4,166 nt of DNA from a virus. Taxonomy: Duplodnaviria > Heunggongvirae > Uroviricota > Caudoviricetes. Where the stretch lies: the IMG/VR virus record IMGVR_UViG_3300003337_000016; one strand, written 5' to 3'. Below, one piece after another: positions 1 to 4,166 of this stretch. The translations under genes were made by a program, and so were the position numbers. The notes below the pieces were generated by a model. The model searched no databases. It was not told the DNA's origin and worked only from the letters and a program-made list of their open reading frames with translations. How positions within the stretch are numbered: position 1 is the stretch's first letter; the number at the start of each line of letters is the position of its first letter.

Positions 1-183
1 GCCATGCGCGGTGAGATCGCCCGCCGCCGGGCAGAAGGAAGAGGAGAAAATCCCCTGGTTTCTTCGCTCGATGCACTGGCGCAGGTGGAAAAAATCGGTG
101 TCAAAGCAGCCGAGGAGATCGGGCAACTCGTCACCGTCGCGCGTGAAGAACTCCAGCGGCGCAAGACCAAAGAACAGGAGTAG
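1..183 (+). CDS. 3' end of an unidentified protein-coding gene that begins upstream of the window (about 60 C-terminal codons)
   Basis: Frame 1 is open from position 1 to TAG at 181-183. The translation (...LDALAQVEKIGVKAAEEIGQLVTVAREELQRRKTKEQE) is a charged, helix-like tail. It is absent from the ORF track, probably because it is 5'-truncated and short. Only one of the three minus-strand frames here contains stops, and a minus-strand gene would need a start inside the window, for which the only candidate is at the extreme edge. Function not recognised. Confidence 0.35.
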   Translation, partial: AMRGEIARRRAEGRGENPLVSSLDALAQVEKIGVKAAEEIGQLVTVAREELQRRKTKEQE

Positions 184-404
184 TTGATCAGCGCCGGGCG
201 CCCAGAAAAAATCGTATCAGTCGCGCCACCAGCAAAATTTTTTGCTTTCCGGACAGCGTGGCCAACGGCATTTTGCAGCAAAATATTCTGCATTTCTGGT
301 GTGCTGCGGCGATGGCGATCAGCGCCTTCACATTGAACGAACTTGTCGCTAAAATTCACCCATATAGCAAACATCGCGGTGCTGTAGGTAATTCGTTCAC
401 AAAG

Positions 405-435
405 GCGCTCCGGCAACGGGGCGCTTTTTCTTTTT
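405..435 (+). terminator. Rho-independent terminator (GC-rich hairpin plus T-tract), plus-strand orientation
   Basis: Stem GCGCTCCG (405-412), GCAA tetraloop (413-416), stem CGGGGCGC (417-424): 8 bp with one G-U pair. It is followed directly by TTTTTCTTTTT (425-435). On the minus strand the same hairpin has an A-C mismatch and only CUUU after it, so it is mainly a plus-strand terminator, though it lies 16 nt past the antirepressor-like gene stop (451). Confidence 0.6.
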
Positions 436-450
436 GTAACGGTCAGAGCG

Positions 451-1251
451 TTACACATGGCTGTTTTCCTCCATGCGACGGGCTAACCAACGCTGCGAAA
501 GACGAATTAATTCAGCTTTCCGCTGGTGGTAGCCCTGGCCTAACTCAATCAGCGTGATATTGCTCTGCTCAAGGTAAGAAAGGTGCTCAAGCTGCAACGT
601 GCTCATGTGGTCGCGTGGTTCGCCTGTGATGCCGTTCGCCTGCGCCCACTGTTTTGCAGTCATGCCACCCAGCACGATACGCGCCAGCATATTGGCTTCC
701 GTGGTGTAGTGGTGCTGGAACGTGTTTTTACCCAGTTCAGCCCGGTACGCCTCCAGCGCGGCACACATTGGCTTAAAGTAGCTGGCAACGGTGATACGGG
801 CTTTCAGTTCCCGGCGTAACGCTGCGGAACGCACTGGCGCTACCTTGTGTAGCTCCTCCTCGCATTTGATAAAGTACTGGCGAACGGCGCGGCCCTGTTC
901 GGTACGTTCGACCATCGCCAGTTCTTTCGCCATGTTCACTGTGATGATGTACTCAAGAGCGGTTTGCTGGCGAGATTTTGCGCTCACCGGATCGGGTCGG
1001 CTCAAATATTCAACAACCTCATAATCCACGCCTTCCGTGAACCCGTATTCTTCAATGCGCCCCTTGATCCACGAACGGAAAACGCGCCCTACACCTAACG
1101 CCTTATGTAACGCTCTGGCGCTAACAATAGTGGTTTCACGCCCACCAATAACGCCGGAAATAACCGGAATAATTTCAGCGAAATTTTGCAGATTCTGGTT
1201 TTCAGGCCGAACGAAGCCCTGCCCCTGTACGGGCGTTTTTCGCAGTTTCAT
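451..1251 (-). CDS. AntA/AntB-family phage antirepressor-like protein (266 aa)
   Basis: ORF with ATG at 1251 preceded by AGGAG with 5-nt spacing. The N-terminal region (SARALHKALGVGRVFRSWIKGRIEEYGFTEGVDYEVV) and the following MAKELAMVERTEQGRAVRQYFIKCEE block match the conserved signature I recall for AntA-domain antirepressors. GC is high (about 60%) and the frame is long and clean. Family call is from memory of motifs, not a search. Confidence 0.7.
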   Translation of the reverse strand: MKLRKTPVQGQGFVRPENQNLQNFAEIIPVISGVIGGRETTIVSARALHKALGVGRVFRSWIKGRIEEYGFTEGVDYEVVEYLSRPDPVSAKSRQQTALEYIITVNMAKELAMVERTEQGRAVRQYFIKCEEELHKVAPVRSAALRRELKARITVASYFKPMCAALEAYRAELGKNTFQHHYTTEANMLARIVLGGMTAKQWAQANGITGEPRDHMSTLQLEHLSYLEQSNITLIELGQGYHQRKAELIRLSQRWLARRMEENSHV

Positions 1252-1328
1252 AAAAACTCCTGCTATCGAATTAAGTTACTTTTATTTGCTGGTGGATAGC
1301 TGGGGCGCCTGGCCCCGTAGCCATTTAA

Positions 1329-1526
1329 TCAGGTAGCTGTTCCGCGTGATTCCGCAATACGCTGATTAATCCACTCGTCAATTTCACTCTCAACGAAAGC
1401 AATAGCTCGTGAGCCAATTTTAACTGATGCAGGAAATTTACCTTGCCCCATAAGGCGATAAATCCATGCCTTGCTATATCCAGTTCTACGCTGAACTTCT
1501 GTTAAACGAATAAGCGTATTTGACAT
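1329..1526 (-). CDS. alpA: AlpA-family transcriptional regulator / excisionase-like helix-turn-helix protein (65 aa)
   Basis: ATG at 1526 preceded by GAGGT with 6-nt spacing. The sequence LTEVQRRTGYSKAWIYRLMGQGKFP...ESEIDEWINQR has the AlpA/Vis-type HTH and the characteristic EIDEWxxQR C-terminal motif. Small size and position next to a P4-type integrase are typical for this family. Confidence 0.8.
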   Translation of the reverse strand: MSNTLIRLTEVQRRTGYSKAWIYRLMGQGKFPASVKIGSRAIAFVESEIDEWINQRIAESRGTAT

Positions 1527-1595
1527 ATATTTACCTCATAACGTCTACTCAATTTGACGAGGTAATCATGGCACAGAAATAACGAATATTTTCAT

Positions 1596-1738
1596 ACCCT
1601 CAGGCCTAATGGTTACCGGAAGGAAATTAACCCTAAGGGTGATGGTAATCGGGAGGAAATCTACCCTAAGGGTGATGGTAAAATTGACGGGGAAGATAAA
1701 AAAATACCCTCAGGGTAACAGTAAATCACCCTCAGGGT
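1596..1738. promoter_or_regulatory. Array of five palindromic sites with core ACCCT-N-AGGGT; candidate operator or activator-binding array upstream of alpA
   Basis: Cores at 1596-1606 (ACCCTCAGGcc, partial), 1630-1640 and 1663-1673 (ACCCTAAGGGT, each inside a 27-bp direct repeat aggaaatNNACCCTAAGGGTGATGGTAA), and 1706-1716 and 1728-1738 (ACCCTCAGGGT). Centre-to-centre spacings are 34, 33, 43 and 22 bp, close to whole helical turns. The array lies between the cargo gene stop (1754) and the alpA start (1526). Confidence 0.5.
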
Positions 1739-1753
1739 ATGCGGTATGGTGCG

Positions 1754-2551
1754 TTAATCCGGCTTTGCGTTCTTTTGGCTGTTGTCTCGGTTAATAGGGC
1801 AGGCAGTCCTCTCTATGAGCGTTGCAAGTGCATTACTTGCCCCCCACTGCTTAAGCTCCCTGGTTATCGCTTCTTGATTTCCCCTGGTGGCAAAATCATT
1901 TTCTGGATCGTAATTGGCCCACTCTCTGTTTCTAATCTCAATAGCCTTAGCTAATGGGTCTTTATCCCAGTATTTATATAAGTGTATCGGGCGCTCTTGC
2001 TCTAACTGCTCTATCCTTGCCCTTAACTCTGCGTTTTCTTTTTCCAGCATTGCGATTTGGGATAATAAATCATCCTCTGTACGCAACTCTTTCTTTTCAA
2101 TATCGCGTCCTTGTGCCTCGTCATTTTCAGAAGAGTTAGCGCCTTCCAGCTTCGTTAACGCGTCAAGGACATCGGGAAAAATTGCGAAAATTTCACCCCT
2201 TATAAATCCAATGTTCTCAAATTCGGGATCTTCCCAATAACCGGACACCAGAAAACCATTTTCATCCCTCTCACCAGGTAAACAACCACGTTTCCGAACC
2301 GCATTCAGATTTCTATAAAGAACATCATAATCAAATTCATCCCGATACGGGTTACAAAAAGATTCCAACAGCTTAAATTCATTTACTGTGTACAGGCGGA
2401 TATGTTCTCCGCTTATTCTCCTGAGTATCCAAGTTATGACATCTGAAACATCATAATCATCACCAGCGACCTTAAGCACGACCTCAAGAAATTCACGTAA
2501 AGAAATAAAATCTTTTTTGTATTCGTTTAATTCGGCATGAATATCAATCAT
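1754..2551 (-). CDS. Hypothetical protein, unrecognised family (265 aa); low-GC cargo gene between int and alpA
   Basis: The ORF track begins at GTG (2557), but ATG at 2551 is preceded by GAGGT with 6-nt spacing, so I call the start at 2551 (MIDIHAELNEYKK...). An 800-nt open frame in roughly 40% GC DNA is strongly non-random. The protein is acidic and hydrophilic with no obvious membrane segment, and has a central heptad-like coiled-coil stretch (LLSQIAMLEKENAELRARIEQLEQER). No catalytic motif I can assign. Confidence 0.78.
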   Translation of the reverse strand: MIDIHAELNEYKKDFISLREFLEVVLKVAGDDYDVSDVITWILRRISGEHIRLYTVNEFKLLESFCNPYRDEFDYDVLYRNLNAVRKRGCLPGERDENGFLVSGYWEDPEFENIGFIRGEIFAIFPDVLDALTKLEGANSSENDEAQGRDIEKKELRTEDDLLSQIAMLEKENAELRARIEQLEQERPIHLYKYWDKDPLAKAIEIRNREWANYDPENDFATRGNQEAITRELKQWGASNALATLIERTACPINRDNSQKNAKPD

Positions 2552-2679
2552 ACGCACACCTCAGCGTCCTCTACTGTAGTGGCTGTACCAGTCCGTCGAG
2601 GTGTACGGATTTTCGGGAGCGACCCTAGACACAGCCTTTTCTTTCGTCGCTCAAAGTCTACTACTGTATACGCAACCAG

Positions 2680-3894
2680 TCATCCACATTTTCCGAACTT
2701 GCCATGCACCACGTTACCGCCATGTTCGAGCGAATCCATATAGTCAGCGTACCACTGGAGCATCTCCCGGCGACCATCCAGATATTGCGCATGGTTGTAT
2801 GTGCCACGAATTGAGTTTTTATCGACGTGTGCGAGCTGCGTCTCTATCCACGCGGTGTTATAGCCCTGCTCATGCAAAATGGTGCTCATGGTGTGCCGGA
2901 ATCCATGACCAGTAACGCGCCCGGCATAGCCGATACGACGAATGAGCACATTCATCGCCATTTCACTCATTGGCTTACTGTGGTGAATACGACCGGGGAA
3001 AATAAACTGATACTGGCCTGTCATGTTTTTTAACTGCTCCAGTATTTTTATCGCCTGTTCTGGTAATGGCACACAATGCGGACGGCGCATCTTCATTCGC
3101 TCTTTAGGCACTTCCCACAAACGATTATCAAAATCGATCTCCTGCCATTCTGCCTGCCGTAATTCCCCGGGTCTGACACCTGTCAGAATTAATAGCCGCA
3201 TTGCCAGTTTGACGATCTGGCTTCCGGTGTACGTATTAAAAACGCGGAAAAATTCCGGCAGTTCGTCGGCCTTCAAATAGGCGTAATGCTCTTTTTTATG
3301 TGGAGCAAATGCGCTCACCAGGTCAGGGGCTGGATTATATTCGGCGCGTCCGGTGATGATTGCGTACCGGAACACCTCGCCGCATCGCTGGCGAACCTTA
3401 CGCAATTTTTCAGTCGCACCACGGTCATTAAGACGGGAAAGAACCGCCAGCAATTCCATCGGCTTAATTTCTGCGATCGGCCTACCACCAATGTACGGAA
3501 AAACATCTTTTTCAAACGTCTCGATCATTTCCTCGGCGTATGACGATGACCACCTGTCGATCCGCTTTTCGTACCATTCGCGAGCAATACCCTCAAAAGT
3601 ATTGCCAAATTTGCTCGCCTGTTCTCGCTTTTGGGCTTTTCTGGCCTCACTTGGATTTATACCACCAGCAAGAAGCCTTTTAGCCTCATCCCTTGCCGCC
3701 CTGGCATCAGACAGAGACACATCAGGGTACACACCCAATGACAACATTTTGGGCTTTCCTGCAAACCTGTAGCGCAGTCGCCACCCTTTCGAACCGTTCG
3801 GCTCAATGAGCAACGAAAGCCCGTTACCGTCATTGAGTGTATAAGCCTTTTCTTTCGGCTTCGCGCGCCTGATGGCAAGGTCTGAAAGCAGCAT
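2680..3894 (-). CDS. int: Tyrosine recombinase, P4-type phage integrase family (404 aa from the preferred start)
   Basis: The N-terminus (LSDLAIRRAKPKEKAYTLNDGNGLSLLIEPNGSKGWRLRYRF...LGVYPDVSLSDARAARDEAKRLL) is the typical P4-type integrase arm-binding domain. The C-terminal catalytic signatures are present: TGVRPGELR (box I Arg), HGFRHT (His-x-x-Arg) and RGTYNHAQY (catalytic Tyr region). The longest ORF starts at 3933 with no Shine-Dalgarno; the in-frame ATG at 3894 is preceded by GGAG with 8-nt spacing and is the more likely start. Stop is TGA at 2680-2682. Confidence 0.9.
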   Translation of the reverse strand: MLLSDLAIRRAKPKEKAYTLNDGNGLSLLIEPNGSKGWRLRYRFAGKPKMLSLGVYPDVSLSDARAARDEAKRLLAGGINPSEARKAQKREQASKFGNTFEGIAREWYEKRIDRWSSSYAEEMIETFEKDVFPYIGGRPIAEIKPMELLAVLSRLNDRGATEKLRKVRQRCGEVFRYAIITGRAEYNPAPDLVSAFAPHKKEHYAYLKADELPEFFRVFNTYTGSQIVKLAMRLLILTGVRPGELRQAEWQEIDFDNRLWEVPKERMKMRRPHCVPLPEQAIKILEQLKNMTGQYQFIFPGRIHHSKPMSEMAMNVLIRRIGYAGRVTGHGFRHTMSTILHEQGYNTAWIETQLAHVDKNSIRGTYNHAQYLDGRREMLQWYADYMDSLEHGGNVVHGKFGKCG

Positions 3895-4166
3895 GTGTAT
3901 AGCTCCAAAAAATAAATTTTGTCCTATACGCATTACTATACACTTCTGTGTGTAGATTCTGGTAGTTGTGAGTAGACGTTAATAAACTATGTAAATGGCT
4001 GGAAGGTTTGATATTCGTGGGTTTGATGGACTTTAGTAGACGTTGAGAAATGTTTGTTTGGAGCGGGCGAAGGGAACAATACAACAAGCCAAAAGGCCAG
4101 TAATAAAGGCGAATTCGCGAGTTCTAAAATAAATTCTATACACATTTCTATACACATTTATCACTC
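3895..4166. promoter_or_regulatory. Repeat-rich region upstream of int; candidate int promoter/operator and attachment-arm binding sites
   Basis: Motif CTATACRC on the plus strand at 3924-3931, 3936-3943, 4136-4143 and 4148-4155, with an inverted copy (GTGTATAG) at 3895-3902 abutting the int start codon. AGTAGACGTT occurs twice (3971-3980, 4035-4044) and GGTTTGAT twice (4005-4012, 4020-4027). A perfect 10-bp palindrome GCGAATTCGC is at 4109-4118. On the int-sense strand a TATAGT -10-like hexamer lies about 41 nt upstream of the ATG. No tRNA-like sequence is present. Confidence 0.4.
4134..4157 (+). repeat. Perfect tandem direct repeat, 2 x 12 bp (TTCTATACACAT)
   Basis: Positions 4134-4145 and 4146-4157 are identical and contain the CTATACAC motif also found next to the int start. 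Confidence 0.85.

Larger units (their letters stand above)
451..4166 (-). mobile_element. Integrase-proximal segment of an integrative island (P4-like satellite or PICI-like): int - cargo - alpA - antA-like; true boundaries lie outside the window
   Basis: A P4-type integrase, an AlpA-family regulator and an AntA-family antirepressor-like gene are co-oriented. GC composition is mosaic: roughly 54% in int, 40% in the cargo gene and 60% in the antA-like gene, from hand counts of 100-nt samples. No att core or tRNA is visible, so the ends cannot be placed. Confidence 0.6.

Noticed and set aside
1302-1316. GGGGC-gcctg-GCCCC hairpin between alpA and the antA-like gene as a terminator
   Set aside because: There is no U-tract after the hairpin on either strand, and the downstream gene has its own ribosome-binding site 50 nt away. 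This fits an intra-operon stem-loop or chance dyad better than a terminator.
258-1336. Plus-strand ORFs 258-557, 583-819, 791-1024 and 1037-1336 (77-99 aa)
   Set aside because: All are antisense to, and almost entirely inside, the well-supported AntA-like gene in 60% GC DNA, where opposite-strand frames stay open by chance. ORF 258-557 also starts at GTG and runs straight through the 405-435 terminator. No ribosome-binding sites or recognisable protein features.
1596-1738. Possibility that the repeat array is a CRISPR array
   Set aside because: The repeats are short palindromic cores of two subtypes with irregular 22-43 bp spacing, and the 'spacers' partly repeat as well. There are no uniform repeats, no leader and no cas genes. 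This fits protein-binding sites, not CRISPR.
1609-1794. Plus-strand ORF of 61 aa with a repeated peptide (GRKLTLRVMV twice)
   Set aside because: The internal repetition is simply the translation of the 27-bp DNA direct repeats of the palindromic array, and the ORF overlaps the cargo gene stop. It is a by-product of the regulatory repeats, not a gene.
1739-2240. Plus-strand ORFs 1739-1954, 1914-2240 and 1954-2139
   Set aside because: Antisense to the cargo gene, with low-complexity Ser/Leu-rich translations typical of the reverse strand of an AT-rich coding region, mutually overlapping and without ribosome-binding sites.
2411-2431. HEPN-like R-x4-H motif (RISGEH) in the cargo protein suggesting an RNase toxin
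   Set aside because: The protein has many Arg residues, so about one R-x(4-6)-H match is expected by chance in a sequence this size. The motif is not in the usual C-terminal position of a HEPN domain and I cannot see supporting context. It remains a hypothesis for a structure search, not a call.
2537-3933. Short ORFs on both strands inside the integrase gene (2537-2743, 2601-2915, 2827-3033, 3023-3280, 3286-3543, 3353-3772 on plus; 3315-3515 and 3657-3908 on minus) and minus-strand ORF 3830-4087
   Set aside because: All overlap the integrase in other frames or on the opposite strand and are Cys/Ser/Arg-rich, low-complexity translations. ORF 3830-4087 would run across the int start and promoter region and has no ribosome-binding site. 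The integrase reading frame explains this DNA.
4109-4118. Perfect 10-bp palindrome GCGAATTCGC (contains an EcoRI site)
   Set aside because: An isolated short palindrome with no repeat partner or flanking signal. It could be a protein-binding site within the repeat-rich int upstream region, but alone it is not distinguishable from chance.
3934-4166. tRNA or tmRNA gene at the integrase end (expected integration target)
   Set aside because: I found no T-arm-like GGTTCGAAT or complementary GATTCGAACC sequence, no CCA-ending cloverleaf and no GC-rich 76-nt block. The target gene and att core are most likely just outside the window.

Overview
This window looks like the integrase-proximal end of an integrative mobile island of the P4-like satellite / PICI-like kind, in a roughly 50% GC enterobacterial-type background. 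All four complete genes are on the minus strand, in the order: tyrosine integrase (2680-3894), an unrecognised low-GC cargo gene (1754-2551), an AlpA-family regulator (1329-1526), and an AntA-family antirepressor-like gene (451-1251). A convergent plus-strand gene ends at 183, and a strong plus-strand intrinsic terminator sits at 405-435. I found no tRNA, rRNA or CRISPR array. The most interesting item is the cargo gene wedged between int and alpA, a candidate novel single-gene phage-defence or interference factor. Next are an array of five helically phased palindromic sites (ACCCT-N-AGGGT) between the cargo gene and alpA, and a repeat-rich region upstream of int. All family assignments rest on motifs I recognise by eye; no database search or structure prediction was possible.
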